Origin: Bdellovibrionota bacterium
Lineage (GTDB): Bacteria > Bdellovibrionota_G > JALEGL01 > DATDPG01
Reading direction: 5' to 3'
Assembly: GCA_963668355.1 (NCBI GenBank)
Contig: OY764265.1
Coordinates: 1,824,001-1,888,000 of the forward strand
Length of the DNA stretch: 64,000 bases
In this document: positions 40,089 to 50,805 of the stretch, piece after piece
How the letters are laid out: each line of letters starts with the position of its first letter
Position numbering within the stretch: the stretch's first letter is position 1
Made by a program: the position numbers and the translations under genes
Notes under the pieces: generated by a model
Seen by the model: the letters and a program-made list of their open reading frames with translations, nothing else
Told to the model about the DNA's origin: nothing
Database searches by the model: none

Positions 40089-41906
40089 TTGGTACCTCGT
40101 GAAGTGATTGACGAGATCCGTGATCGGGTGGACATCGTTCGAGTGATCGGAGAAGCGATTCCATTAAAGAAGGCCGGTCGAAATTTCGTGGGGTTATGCC
40201 CCTTCCATGGGGAGAAAACCCCCTCTTTCTCGGTTAGCCAACAAAAGCAACTCTACTATTGTTTTGGGTGCGGTGAGGGTGGAACCGTATTCACATTTTT
40301 AATGAAATATCATCGATATTCGTTTCCGGAAGTGTTGGAACGTTTGGCCCAAATGGCGGGGATTGATCTGACGCCGTATCAAGGAAACCAGGAAGATATT
40401 TCGAAAAGGAAAGAAGAAAGGAATCGGTTGGAAGCCCTCATGGCATATACGCGAGATGCGTATCACAAAGCTTTGATTCATTCGAAGGTGGGGGAACACG
40501 CGCGTGAATATGTGAAGGCCCGAGGGATTTCATGGGAAACCGCCCAACGGCTTAAGCTGGGCTTTGCTCCTGACAGATGGAGCACCCTCACGCAAGCCCT
40601 CTTGAGGGATGGAAAGTCTTTGGAAGATGCGGAAAGACTTGGCTTGGTTGTCCAAAAAAAAGGTCGGAATGGCCATTTTGACCAGTTTCGAAACCGGCTT
40701 CTCTTTCCAATCGAAGACCCTCACGGAAAGGTGGTGGGTTTTGGGGGGCGTGTCTTGGGAGATGATGAGCCCAAGTACCTGAACTCTCCACAATCACTTC
40801 TTTTCGATAAAAGTAAACTGCTCTATGGCCTGGATCGGGTGACTGCACACGCACGAGAAGAGAAGTCTTTATTTGTGGTCGAGGGATATATGGACCAAGT
40901 GGTTCTCGGTGAATCGGGCATTCATAATGTGGTGGCCACTCTTGGAACCGCCCTGACCGATCAACATGCGCGATTGTTAAAAAGGTATGCAGAGAATGTG
41001 GTCATTGTTTTTGACGGTGACTCAGCAGGACTTCGGGCGTCGCGTCGTTCCATGAAGCCTCTGTTGGCTCATGGTGTGGCTGCGAAGGTGATGTTGTTGC
41101 CAGAAGGAGAAGATCCCGATTCGTTTGTTCGGAAGGTCGGACGAGAAAAGTTTCTCAGCCAGGCTGAGGAGGCCTTGCCCATGTTGGAGTTTTTCTTGGA
41201 TCGATTCTACAAAGAGGAACGAAATTTGGGAGAGAAGGCCGAGGCCATCGAAGAGTTGGTGGATGTGATTCGAAGCTCAGAAACCCTGTTTCTAAAAGAG
41301 GCTTTGGTGGAGGAGGCGTCTCGCATCGCTGGTTTGGATAAGGCTGTCTTGCGGGGAGAGCAGAAACTTCCCCTGAAGAGACCTGCTTCTTTGGCTCCAA
41401 AGCCGGCTTTTCGGGCTTCCAACGCGACAAGGAGAAGTCGGGAGGAGTGGGCCACGATCCTTCGTTTGGCTGCTCGTGTGGAAGAGGCGAGGAGAAGGCT
41501 GGATGTCGATCCGGTGTTCGATTGGTTTCCGGATGAAAAACTCGCAGATTTTGCCAAAAATTGGCTTGATCAAATCCAAGGGTTATCGGATACAGACCAA
41601 TCCATCTCAGGTTTGGTGGATGCTTGGGGAGATGAGAATACGCGCCAATTGTTGGCCGGAGCTTTTTTCCATGAGGGAGAGGATTCCTTTGAAGAGGATC
41701 ATTGGGAAAAGGTTTGGAAAGACTGTGTGAAAAAACTATTGAACCGAAAAATTTCCTATTTGAGCAAAGTTGCGACGGAAGCAGACCGAAATGGTCATGT
41801 GGAAAAAGCTGAAGAACTTTCTCAAGAGGTTTTTGAGCTGAAAAAAATCGCCCAGCACTATGAAAAAGGTTGGGATGTAGGCATGGATAAAGGGAGACTC
41901 GGATGA
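40089..41906 (+). CDS. dnaG: DNA primase
   Basis: [37 protein letters not shown]. Confidence 0.97.
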   Translation: MVPREVIDEIRDRVDIVRVIGEAIPLKKAGRNFVGLCPFHGEKTPSFSVSQQKQLYYCFGCGEGGTVFTFLMKYHRYSFPEVLERLAQMAGIDLTPYQGNQEDISKRKEERNRLEALMAYTRDAYHKALIHSKVGEHAREYVKARGISWETAQRLKLGFAPDRWSTLTQALLRDGKSLEDAERLGLVVQKKGRNGHFDQFRNRLLFPIEDPHGKVVGFGGRVLGDDEPKYLNSPQSLLFDKSKLLYGLDRVTAHAREEKSLFVVEGYMDQVVLGESGIHNVVATLGTALTDQHARLLKRYAENVVIVFDGDSAGLRASRRSMKPLLAHGVAAKVMLLPEGEDPDSFVRKVGREKFLSQAEEALPMLEFFLDRFYKEERNLGEKAEAIEELVDVIRSSETLFLKEALVEEASRIAGLDKAVLRGEQKLPLKRPASLAPKPAFRASNATRRSREEWATILRLAARVEEARRRLDVDPVFDWFPDEKLADFAKNWLDQIQGLSDTDQSISGLVDAWGDENTRQLLAGAFFHEGEDSFEEDHWEKVWKDCVKKLLNRKISYLSKVATEADRNGHVEKAEELSQEVFELKKIAQHYEKGWDVGMDKGRLG

Positions 41907-43651
41907 AAGAAGACCAAGAGCTCGACAACATTAAGCAGCTAATCGACTCAGGAAAAGAGAAAGGGTATCTCACCTACGAAGAGGTCAATGAAGTCCTTCC
42001 GAAGGATATCGTTGCGAGTGAGCAGATCGACGACATTATGATCATGTTTGGCGAGATGGATATCGCCATCGTGGACAATGAAAAAGAAGGAATTGCTCAT
42101 CGTGAAAAGATGAAGTCTCAAGACGGTTCCGAGGATGGAGACCAGCAAGATCCTTCGGCTGTACGATCCAATGATCCGGTTCGGATGTATCTGAAAAAGA
42201 TGGGATCTGTTTCTCTGCTTACCCGTGAAGGTGAAGTGGAGATCGCCAAACGGATTGAAGAGGGTGAAAATGAGGTTTTGGAAATTCTCATGCGCTCTCC
42301 AGTTGGGGTGCGAGAAATTCTCAATGTTGGCGATAAGCTCAAGCGTGGAACGGTTCGCGTAAGAGATTTGATTCGAGGCATTGATGAGGATGATGAAAAT
42401 TTCGATGAAGCAGGAACCACGGAGAATATTCTAAAGCTCATCGAAAAGATTAAGCGTTTGGATCGACAGAATCGAAAGCAAATTGAGAACAAGAAGCTAG
42501 TTGGGAAGTCGGCTCTGAAGAAGCGTCAGATTACCGAGAAGATCAATCGTAATCACAAGAAAATGTTCGAGACGCTCAAAGAAATCAATTTGAATCGAAA
42601 GTGGATCAATCGAATCGTGTCTCGATTAAAGAGCATGATTCACAAGATTGAGCAGGCCGAGCTGATGTTCGGCGAAGCTGAAGAGAAAACCAATAAAAAA
42701 CTCTCTGAGATGAAGAAGCTGTTCCGTGAGGCCAAGAAAGGTCGAGCGGAGTCCAAGCAGGTTCAAAAGCAGATCAAGGGCATCTCACTCGAAGAGTTGG
42801 TTGAAATTGAGAAGCGTGTCAAAGCCACGGAAAAAAGGCTTCATAAGATTGAAGAAGAAGCCAACATGACCGTAACGCAGTTGAAGGACATGTATAAGAG
42901 GCTCAGTCATGGTGAAGCATATGCAGATGTAGCGAAAACCGAGTTGATTGAAGCCAATCTTCGTTTGGTGGTTTCCATTGCGAAGAAATACACAAACCGC
43001 GGGTTACAATTCTTGGACCTCATTCAAGAAGGCAATATTGGCCTGATGAAGGCCGTGGACAAGTTTGAGTATCGGCGCGGATACAAATTTTCCACCTATG
43101 CGACTTGGTGGATTCGACAGGCCATTACGAGAGCCATTGCGGACCAAGCGCGAACCATTCGAATTCCGGTCCACATGATCGAGACCATCAATAAGCTGGT
43201 TCGAACTTCCCGCTACTTGGTGCAGGAACTGGGTCGGGAGCCGACACCGGAAGAAATCGGCGTGAAGATGGAGCTGCCTTTGGATAAAGTCCGAAAGGTC
43301 TTGAAAATTGCCAAAGAACCCATTTCATTGGAAACTCCCATCGGCGAAGAAGAAGATTCACATTTGGGCGATTTCATTGAAGATAAAAATGCGGTTTCTC
43401 CTTCGGAGGCTGTTGTTGGCATGAATCTTTCGGAGCAAACGCGACGTGTGTTGGCCACTTTGACTCCACGTGAGGAAAAAGTTCTACGCATGAGGTTTGG
43501 AATCGGGGAAAAATCGGACCACACATTGGAAGAGGTGGGACAAGATTTCCAAGTGACACGGGAGCGAATTCGTCAAATCGAAGCAAAAGCCCTTCGGAAG
43601 CTTCGCCACCCGAGTCGCGCTAAGAAGCTGAAAAGCTTCATTGACAATTAA
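41903..43651 (+). CDS. rpoD: RNA polymerase sigma-70 factor RpoD
   Basis: [52 protein letters not shown]. Confidence 0.98.
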   Translation: MKEDQELDNIKQLIDSGKEKGYLTYEEVNEVLPKDIVASEQIDDIMIMFGEMDIAIVDNEKEGIAHREKMKSQDGSEDGDQQDPSAVRSNDPVRMYLKKMGSVSLLTREGEVEIAKRIEEGENEVLEILMRSPVGVREILNVGDKLKRGTVRVRDLIRGIDEDDENFDEAGTTENILKLIEKIKRLDRQNRKQIENKKLVGKSALKKRQITEKINRNHKKMFETLKEINLNRKWINRIVSRLKSMIHKIEQAELMFGEAEEKTNKKLSEMKKLFREAKKGRAESKQVQKQIKGISLEELVEIEKRVKATEKRLHKIEEEANMTVTQLKDMYKRLSHGEAYADVAKTELIEANLRLVVSIAKKYTNRGLQFLDLIQEGNIGLMKAVDKFEYRRGYKFSTYATWWIRQAITRAIADQARTIRIPVHMIETINKLVRTSRYLVQELGREPTPEEIGVKMELPLDKVRKVLKIAKEPISLETPIGEEEDSHLGDFIEDKNAVSPSEAVVGMNLSEQTRRVLATLTPREEKVLRMRFGIGEKSDHTLEEVGQDFQVTRERIRQIEAKALRKLRHPSRAKKLKSFIDN

Positions 43652-43669
43652 ATATGAAGGCGTAAAGAC

Positions 43670-43745
43670 GGGCCCTTAGCTCAGCGGTCAGAGCCACCGG
43701 CTCATAACCGGCAGGTCCCAGGTTCGAATCCTGGAGGGCCCACCA
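43670..43745 (+). tRNA. tRNA with CAT anticodon, most likely tRNA-Ile2 (lysidine)
   Basis: Cloverleaf GGGCCCT..AGGGCCC-ACCA, anticodon loop CTCATAA, GGTTCGAATCC; Ile2-like acceptor stem and position after rpoD. Confidence 0.92.
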
Positions 43746-43758
43746 AGAGGGGAACGAA

Positions 43759-44478
43759 GTGGATAAAAACGTTGAAAAATTGCTAGTGCTGCAACAGTTA
43801 GACCTTGAAATGGATGAGACCCGTCAGAAACTCACCGATGACGCTGAAAAACTGGCCAAACTGACCACCGAGGCGCAACAAAAGAAAGATTCCCTGGATC
43901 AATCGCAAGCCCAACTCAAGCAAATTGAAACGGAAAAAAGAGATTTTGAGGGCACGCTCAAACTCGAAGAGCAGCGGCTCAATAAAAGTAAAACCCGGCT
44001 GAAAACACTCAAAACGCAGTATGAATTTCAGGCTCTGCAGAGGGAAATTGATACCACCAAGCGAGCCAATGAAGAGCTGGAAGAGACCATTTTGAAAAAA
44101 ATGGAAGAGCTCGAGTCCTTGAAGAAAGTGATTGAGGATCTCGAAACTTCGTATGAGGTATGTGAAAAAGCCAGAGCCGAGTTTGAGACCGAAGCGAAGT
44201 CAAGAGAACCCGGCCTTCAAGAGTCTTTGGCGAAGCAAGAGGCTGAGTCCAAAGCTGCATTGGAAGCCGTGGATCCTCCCGTCTTATCCAAGTATCGGTT
44301 CATTCGGAAACGAAGACCGGGAACGGCTTTGGTGCCGATTGAAAATGGTTCTTGTCAAGGCTGCTTCATGGCTCTGCCTCCCCAGCAGGTCAATGAAATG
44401 ATGCAAAAAGGAACGTTTGATCAGTGCCCGAACTGTTCGAGAATGATCTATGTTCCAGATCCTGAGCCTTCAGAATAA
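43759..44478 (+). CDS. Coiled-coil C4-type zinc ribbon protein (DUF164-like)
   Basis: Long coiled coil, then CQGC..CPNCSR. Confidence 0.88.
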   Translation: MDKNVEKLLVLQQLDLEMDETRQKLTDDAEKLAKLTTEAQQKKDSLDQSQAQLKQIETEKRDFEGTLKLEEQRLNKSKTRLKTLKTQYEFQALQREIDTTKRANEELEETILKKMEELESLKKVIEDLETSYEVCEKARAEFETEAKSREPGLQESLAKQEAESKAALEAVDPPVLSKYRFIRKRRPGTALVPIENGSCQGCFMALPPQQVNEMMQKGTFDQCPNCSRMIYVPDPEPSE

Positions 44479-44481
44479 CCT

Positions 44482-44877
44482 GTGAAATACTTCTTATATG
44501 TAGATGGTGCTTCTCGTGGGAACCCAGGAAAAGCCTCCATTGGGGTTTCTCTTCAAGATGAAACCGGAAAAGAAATCGAAACCATCTCTCGTTTCATTGG
44601 ACACCACACCAATAATGAAGCCGAATACCAAGCTCTCATCGAAGGATTGAAACTCGTATGCGCGAAACAGATTTCGAATATAGAGGTGCGTGCGGACTCC
44701 CAATTGGTCGTTCGACAGATGCTGGGCGAATACAAAGTCAAACACCCCAAAATGAAACCTCTTCATCGAGAGGCACGAGCCTTGGCAGATTCCCTTGAGG
44801 CTTTTGCCATTTCGCATGTCCCACGCAGTGAGAATTCCCGCGCAGATGAGCTGGCCAATCGGGCGCTGGATTCTTAG
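44482..44877 (+). CDS. rnhA: Ribonuclease HI family protein
   Basis: DGASRGNPG, TNNEAEY, DSQLVV, HVPRSENSRADELAN. Confidence 0.92.
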   Translation: MKYFLYVDGASRGNPGKASIGVSLQDETGKEIETISRFIGHHTNNEAEYQALIEGLKLVCAKQISNIEVRADSQLVVRQMLGEYKVKHPKMKPLHREARALADSLEAFAISHVPRSENSRADELANRALDS

Positions 44878-44902
44878 CCCCCAAGTATGCTAGAAGAAGG
44901 GC

Positions 44903-45271
44903 GCGAGTAGGTCGGAGGATCGCCGCGGGTGAAGGACCCGGGGAGGAAAGTCCGAGCTCCATAGGACAGAGTGCTGGGTAACTCCCAGAGCGAGTGATCG
45001 CTGGAAAGTGCAACAGAAAGTAAACCGCTTTTTCTCTGGGTTTCTCCGGAGTTCCAGAGAAGGGGTAAGGGTGAAACAGGGAGGTAAGAGCTCCCTCACG
45101 AGAGCCTCGCGAGAGGCCGTGCGGTAAACCCCACTCGGAGCAAGACCAAATAGGGAAACGTTTGAGGGTGGTCCGCCTGAAGTTTTCGGGTAGGTCGCTT
45201 GAGCTGTACGGTAACGTGCAGCCTAGATGAATGATCTTTCTAGACAGAACTCGGCTTATAGACCTACTCGC
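44903..45271 (+). ncRNA. rnpB: RNase P RNA (type A)
   Basis: GAGGAAAGTCC, AGTGCAACAGAAA, GGTAAACCCC, GAGCAAGACCAAA, ACAGAACTCGGCTTA; P1 GCGAGTAGGTC/GACCTACTCGC. Confidence 0.97.
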
Positions 45272-45350
45272 ATTTTCAAAACAGAGAAGTGTTTCTTTAA
45301 AATGAGGGAAAGCTTTTGAAGCCAAATTCTGAGCGAAAGCGATACCTCAA

Positions 45351-45719
45351 CTATTGATCAGTTTTTTGGGCGTCTTCTTTGGCTTTTTGTTCTTTGAGTT
45401 CTTTTTTAGCTTTTTCGACGGGGTCCACGGAGAGGCAGGCTTGGCTGATCCAGTGAAAGCCACAAGCTTTGCACATTTCTTCTTGGGCCAAGGTTGGGCA
45501 GAGATTGCTGGGATCGGGCTTGGACAGGCAGACTTTAAAACCATTCACCACTTGCCCTGGCCGGCAATCTTCCTCTGATACGATTCCAGAGCGAGTTTCG
45601 GCTCCCTCTCCCTGTTGTTTTCCCCAAATGCAGCAAACATCTTCTCCCAATTGAGCGAGGGAGGTGGATGGAAGAGCGAGGATGAGAGCAAAAAGTGACA
45701 ATCGAAAGGTTGTAAACAT
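45351..45719 (-). CDS. Small secreted Cys-rich protein
   Basis: Signal peptide, 8 Cys in mature part; directly downstream of efp. Confidence 0.6.
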   Translation of the reverse strand: MFTTFRLSLFALILALPSTSLAQLGEDVCCIWGKQQGEGAETRSGIVSEEDCRPGQVVNGFKVCLSKPDPSNLCPTLAQEEMCKACGFHWISQACLSVDPVEKAKKELKEQKAKEDAQKTDQ

Positions 45720-45721
45720 AC

Positions 45722-46288
45722 TTAATCCTCCTTGGCTCGGCCGAGGTATTTTCCTGTCGTGGTGTCAATTTCCACACGTTCCCCTTGATTGATGAACCCG
45801 GGGACTTGGAAGGTGGCTCCGGTTTCGACCTTAGCTCCTTTAAAGGCATTCGTGGCCGTGGCGGTTTTAATATAGGGCTCGGTTTCGATAACTTCCAATT
45901 TTACCACTTTCGGTAATTCGATGCCGATGAATCGATCTTCGTACTTCTCGACCATCAGTTTTAAGTTGGGGGTTAGGTATTGGGCTTGATCCCCCAGCAT
46001 TTCTTTCGTGAGATGAAACTGGTCGTAGGTTTCACAGTCCATGAAATGGAAATGCTCTCCGTCTTCGTAAAGATATTCAATCTCACGGGTGTCAATGATG
46101 GCTCGTTCCACAGGTTCTCCAGAGCGATATTTATGTTCGGTTTGAAGGCCTGTGATGACGTTTCTGAGCTTGGCTTGGATGAATGCGCCCCCTTTTCCAG
46201 GTTGGACATGGGAAAGTTCCATGACACGGTGGATTTCTCCCTTAAAAAGGATGGCCATTCCGACTTTTAATTGTTTAGATCCGATCAT
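45722..46288 (-). CDS. efp: Elongation factor P
   Basis: HVQPGKGGAF, YLYEDG, ETG..VPGFI, DTTTGKY. Confidence 0.95.
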   Translation of the reverse strand: MIGSKQLKVGMAILFKGEIHRVMELSHVQPGKGGAFIQAKLRNVITGLQTEHKYRSGEPVERAIIDTREIEYLYEDGEHFHFMDCETYDQFHLTKEMLGDQAQYLTPNLKLMVEKYEDRFIGIELPKVVKLEVIETEPYIKTATATNAFKGAKVETGATFQVPGFINQGERVEIDTTTGKYLGRAKED

Positions 46289-46366
46289 AGCGCCGGCAGT
46301 GTGCCTTCGAAGCGGGTTTTAGTCAATTGCTTGCTCATATGCTTTTCAGCCATTAGGATTCGCGCC

Positions 46367-47314
46367 ATGAAAGCATATCTGGTTACTGGAGGAGCGGGGT
46401 TCATTGGATCCCACATTGCGGAAACTCTCATCAAACAAGGCCACAGGGTTCGAATTTTGGACAATCTCTCTACAGGCAAACAAGAGAATATTGACTATTT
46501 AAAAGGTTTGTCGGGAGACCTGGAATGGCAGAAAGGGGATGTTTCCGTTGCGAAGGACTCGGCCAAAGCGGTCGAGGGGATGGATGCGATTTTTCATCAG
46601 GCAGCTTTGGGCTCGGTTCCGAAATCCGTGGAGGATCCCATCACGTCTCATCACGCCAATATCACGGGAACCTTGCAATTGCTTTGGGAGGCAAAAAAGG
46701 CGGGAGTTAAGCGTGTGGTCAATGCGGCTTCCTCCTCAGCTTATGGGGATACACCCGTTTTGCCCAAAGTTGAGACGATGGCTCCCAACACATTTTCCCC
46801 GTATGCCGTAACCAAGCTTGGACAGGAGGCTTATTGCCGCGCGTTTCATGTTTCGTATGGCATGGGGACGGTTTCGCTACGATATTTCAACGTGTTTGGT
46901 TCCAGACAAGATCCCCATTCTCAGTATGCCGCGGTGATTCCGAAGTTTTTCCAATCGTTTTTGAGGGGAGAGTCTCCGTTGATTTACGGAGATGGAGAAC
47001 AAACACGAGATTTTACGTACGTGGGAGATGTGGTTCAGGCCAATTTGAAAGCGGCGGAAATCGAAAAGGCAGAGGGGCAAGTTTACAATATTGCCGGGGG
47101 GCAGAAAATCAGTGTCAATGAGTTGGCGACGAAAATTGCCGAGCTCGTGGGGACGGATTTAAAACCCAAACATGTGGATGAACGCCCAGGTGACATCAAA
47201 CACTCCTTAGCGGATATTTCGGCCGCGAAAAAAGAATTGGGCTTCCACCCAGAAACCAATTTGGATCAAGGCCTAGAATTGGCCTCCGGCTGGTACAAAA
47301 AATACTTGGCCTAG
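46367..47314 (+). CDS. NAD-dependent nucleotide-sugar epimerase (WbpP-like)
   Basis: TGGAGFIGSH, HQAALGSVP, SPYAVTK, LRYFNVFG, GDGEQTRDF. Confidence 0.9.
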   Translation: MKAYLVTGGAGFIGSHIAETLIKQGHRVRILDNLSTGKQENIDYLKGLSGDLEWQKGDVSVAKDSAKAVEGMDAIFHQAALGSVPKSVEDPITSHHANITGTLQLLWEAKKAGVKRVVNAASSSAYGDTPVLPKVETMAPNTFSPYAVTKLGQEAYCRAFHVSYGMGTVSLRYFNVFGSRQDPHSQYAAVIPKFFQSFLRGESPLIYGDGEQTRDFTYVGDVVQANLKAAEIEKAEGQVYNIAGGQKISVNELATKIAELVGTDLKPKHVDERPGDIKHSLADISAAKKELGFHPETNLDQGLELASGWYKKYLA

Positions 47315-47534
47315 ACTCATTTTAAACGACCCACACATGCGAAGGAACAAGGCTGAGAAATACTCAGAACTTGCCACTTCGCATTCCTCAGTTTTTTTGT
47401 AGAACGTTCTTTTTCTTTTGATCTGAAAAAAGAAAGAAAAATCTCAAAGGTGGCTTAGAAGAAACGAAAGCTGGAAAGAGGGGTTCCCAGCGCGCCTTCC
47501 GGCGCGCTGAGTCGGTTAAGAGTTGGTGAGGCGT

Positions 47535-48791
47535 TTAGGTGCCTGCAGCGTAGTCGGTTGCGTATTTGATTTGCTCAGGCGTCAGTTTGTCGATGCTGAT
47601 GCCCATGGTTTCCAATTTGATTCGAGCAATTTCTTGGTCCTGCTCCTTCGAAAGGTTGTGGACCGTGTTCGCCATTTCTTTTCCTTCTCGGGAAAGATGA
47701 AGCAGCGCCAAGAATTGGTTTGCAAAAGACATGTCCATGACTTCCGAAGGATGTCCCTCTGCAGCTGCCAAGTTCACCAAGCGACCTTGAGCCAAGACGT
47801 AAATCCGATGGCCGTTCTTCATGCGATATTCTTCATTGTTGGGTCGGATGGTTTGGCAACCATTCGAAATACTCGCCAAGTCCTCCAAATTGAGTTCGCA
47901 ATCGTAATGTCCGGTATTGCAGACAATGGCCCCTTCTTTCATGCTTTGGAAATGACGTTTGACGATGACGTCCATCATTCCAGTTGCTGTGATGAAAATG
48001 TCACCCACTTTGGCGGCTTCATCCATTGTCATCACTTCATGGCCTTCTAGTGTGGCTTGGAGAGCTGGAATGGGGTCAACTTCGGTAATGATCGTGTTGC
48101 ATCCCATGCCCTTAGCTCGATTGGCCACGCCTCTTCCGCAATGACCATATCCGGCAACGACAAAGTTTTTCCCAGCCAAGAGAACCCCAGTGGCTCGTAG
48201 AATTCCGTCCAGCGAGGATTGGCCCGTTCCATAGACATTGTCGAAGTCCCATTTCGTTTGAGCATCATTGACGGCGAAGACGGGGTACTTGAGGGCTCCG
48301 TCAGCGGCCATGGCTCGAAGGCGATGGACTCCTGTGGTGGTTTCTTCCGTTCCTCCAATGATTTCCTTGGCGAGTTCCGGGTGTCGCTTGTGAACTGAAA
48401 AAATCAGATCGGCTCCATCATCCAAAGTTAAGTGGGGCTTGAACTCTAAGGTGTGGTCAATGCATTGATAGAAATTTTCCGTGTCCATGCCATGCCAGGC
48501 ATAAATGGAAGTTCCTTCAGCGGCGAGGGCCGCAGCGACATCGTCCTGTGTCGACAAAGGATTGCACCCGGACCAAGAGACTTCCGCGCCGGCAGCGCGA
48601 AGCGTTCTAACGAGAACGGCCGTTTCTCGGGTTACGTGAATGCATCCGGCGATCTTCACGCCTTTGAAAGGTTTGGATTGGCTATATTTCTCCCGTAGGG
48701 CATTCATAACCGGCATTCGGCTTTCTGCCCATGCGATCTTCTTTTGTCCTTGGTCAGCTAATTTTTCGTCTGCAACCTTATAGTTCATCAT
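47535..48791 (-). CDS. ahcY: S-adenosylhomocysteine hydrolase
   Basis: CNPLSTQDD, EETTTGV, FDNVYGTGQS, GRLVNLAAAEGHP. Confidence 0.96.
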   Translation of the reverse strand: MMNYKVADEKLADQGQKKIAWAESRMPVMNALREKYSQSKPFKGVKIAGCIHVTRETAVLVRTLRAAGAEVSWSGCNPLSTQDDVAAALAAEGTSIYAWHGMDTENFYQCIDHTLEFKPHLTLDDGADLIFSVHKRHPELAKEIIGGTEETTTGVHRLRAMAADGALKYPVFAVNDAQTKWDFDNVYGTGQSSLDGILRATGVLLAGKNFVVAGYGHCGRGVANRAKGMGCNTIITEVDPIPALQATLEGHEVMTMDEAAKVGDIFITATGMMDVIVKRHFQSMKEGAIVCNTGHYDCELNLEDLASISNGCQTIRPNNEEYRMKNGHRIYVLAQGRLVNLAAAEGHPSEVMDMSFANQFLALLHLSREGKEMANTVHNLSKEQDQEIARIKLETMGISIDKLTPEQIKYATDYAAGT

Positions 48792-48812
48792 CTCTCCTTA
48801 AATCGTCTTCAA

Positions 48813-49553
48813 TTAAAACTTGAATCCTCCACTGATCGTGATGACTTCTCCTTGAATATAAGAAGCCTCTTTTGACGCAAGAAAACAAGCTAACTCTGCG
48901 ATATCCGAAGGTTGTCCTTCGCGACGCAGAGGAATCATTTTAACCATTTTTTCCTTAATGGCTTGTGGAATTTTCGCCGTCATATCCGTGGCGATGAGCC
49001 CCGGTGCGATGGCGTTGACGTTAATATTGAAGCGGGAAAGCTCCAATGCCCAAGTTCGTGTCATGGCTGCAACGCCCGCTTTTGAGGCAGCATAATTGGT
49101 TTGTCCGTAGTTTCCGTCTTTCGCAATGGAGGAAAGATTCACGATCTTTCCTTCCTTTTTTTGTGCCATAATTTGAGCACAGGCTTGTGTGCAGAGAAAG
49201 ACGCCCTTTAAGTTCACTGCGATGACATCGTCGAAGTCTTTTTCCGTCATTTTGAGCAGGGAAGCATCACGAATGATACCAGCATTGTTCACCAAGATGT
49301 CGATGGTTGTGAACTTCTGGAGGGTTTGTTTGACCATTTCTTGAACTTGCTGTGAGTTCACCACATCCACGGGGATGGCTTCAGCGATTCCCCCTTGTCC
49401 CTCGATCTCCTTCCGTACGGAGTTGAGGTCCTGAGGATTGATGTCTGCAAGAACCATTCGAGCACCTTGGGCGGCCAGCTTCATGGAAATCGCTTTTCCG
49501 ATTCCCCGTCCAGCTCCGGTGACGATGGCCACTTTGTTGTTGAATTGGGTCAT
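48813..49553 (-). CDS. FabG-like short-chain dehydrogenase
   Basis: TGAGRGIG, NNAGI, GQTNYAASKAG. Confidence 0.85.
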   Translation of the reverse strand: MTQFNNKVAIVTGAGRGIGKAISMKLAAQGARMVLADINPQDLNSVRKEIEGQGGIAEAIPVDVVNSQQVQEMVKQTLQKFTTIDILVNNAGIIRDASLLKMTEKDFDDVIAVNLKGVFLCTQACAQIMAQKKEGKIVNLSSIAKDGNYGQTNYAASKAGVAAMTRTWALELSRFNINVNAIAPGLIATDMTAKIPQAIKEKMVKMIPLRREGQPSDIAELACFLASKEASYIQGEVITISGGFKF

Positions 49554-49563
49554 GAAATGTCTC

Positions 49564-50772
49564 CTAAAGGGACAACTGAAACATGAGATCGATGAAGTGA
49601 TCGTAATTGATGCCCAGTGTGGGTCGCTCCTCTCTTCTCCAAGTATATTGCAGTTGTGTTTTATAACGGTGATCTGCCAATGGATAGAGGTTTAGCGTGG
49701 CGGCGGCTTCCATCCACGTATTGTTGTCCGTGTCCATATTGGTGTCCAGCCAGCTGAAGCGAGCCGCGACTTCAAATCTTTCGGGGACTAGGAAGGCGGC
49801 GGGTTGAACGTAAAATCCCATGCTTTCAATTGATCCCAAACTGAAATTTTGAAATGTGCGGAAAAAGTATTCTCCTTGAAGGGATCGGCCTTCATTCTTC
49901 CAGGAGAATTCTCCGGCCACACTCAATAGATCCGCGTCGGTGTCATCTACGACAAGATCTCCATCTAGATCGACGTCGCGACCAAAATCATATGCAAAGG
50001 AGGCACCCAATTCGAAGCGATGTCCTTCTCGGTTTTCAACATCGCCCTCTGAATAGCCCACCGATCCATTGGGCCGGATGACCAACCGACCGATTAGTAA
50101 GTGTCCGCGCCCACCCCCCAAGGTGTCGTTGGAAACATTTTGTCCGGAGGTGGAAGAGAGGGCAGGCTGAAGTCCTCCAGATCCAGCGGGGGTTCCACCC
50201 CCGTTGAACACCCCAAGGGTCAACCCCAAAGCGGATTGGTCGTAATGCAGGGTCAATCCGCGGTCTCGGCCGAGCGCAAAATAACGGGTCGCCAAAGCCC
50301 GGCTTACGAGTCCCAAGTTTCCGGAATACGTCATGGCTTGTCGTGAAAAGGGAACTTTAAACTGTCCCAATTTGAAACCATATTTCCCGTGTCCGAATCG
50401 AACGTAATAGTCTTCCAAGGTGAATCCTCCGTTTTGGGTTTCGGAGGTTGGCGCATAACTCGGTAGGCGATTATGTGCTCCCGCAGCCGCCTGAAAATAA
50501 TATTGAATCGTTTGGCCAAAGGCATGCCCGCCCGAGTATAACTTGGCGTGCATGAGATCGAATGAACTGAAATCGGTTTGAGGTGAAACCCAACCGTAGG
50601 TGTATCCGAAGTTGATGCGTGTCCCCACCTTGAGGAGGAAACGATTGTCTCCAGATTTGATGTAGAAACCATCTTGGTATCCTCCTTGAAGTCCCGGAAT
50701 ATGTTCTCCGGCAAAACTGGAAGAGACCGACAAAAAAAAGGAAATCGCCAATAGAATCGAGTGTTTGCGCAT
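49564..50772 (-). CDS. Outer-membrane porin (OprO/OprP-like)
   Basis: Signal peptide, GQFKVPFS, GRDRG, GVFNG, C-terminal beta-strand. Confidence 0.72.
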   Translation of the reverse strand: MRKHSILLAISFFLSVSSSFAGEHIPGLQGGYQDGFYIKSGDNRFLLKVGTRINFGYTYGWVSPQTDFSSFDLMHAKLYSGGHAFGQTIQYYFQAAAGAHNRLPSYAPTSETQNGGFTLEDYYVRFGHGKYGFKLGQFKVPFSRQAMTYSGNLGLVSRALATRYFALGRDRGLTLHYDQSALGLTLGVFNGGGTPAGSGGLQPALSSTSGQNVSNDTLGGGRGHLLIGRLVIRPNGSVGYSEGDVENREGHRFELGASFAYDFGRDVDLDGDLVVDDTDADLLSVAGEFSWKNEGRSLQGEYFFRTFQNFSLGSIESMGFYVQPAAFLVPERFEVAARFSWLDTNMDTDNNTWMEAAATLNLYPLADHRYKTQLQYTWRREERPTLGINYDHFIDLMFQLSL

Positions 50773-50805
50773 GAGTGAGAAGGTGATACCGTGAGCCCTG
50801 GGTCG

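Noticed and set aside
41155..41973. 272-aa minus-strand ORF
   Set aside because: Antisense shadow of dnaG
44738..45325. 195-aa ORF
   Set aside because: Antisense to RNase P RNA
47470..47534. SAH riboswitch or integron attC site near ahcY
   Set aside because: Lies downstream of ahcY; lacks riboswitch consensus and properly paired RYYYAAC/GTTRRRY boxes
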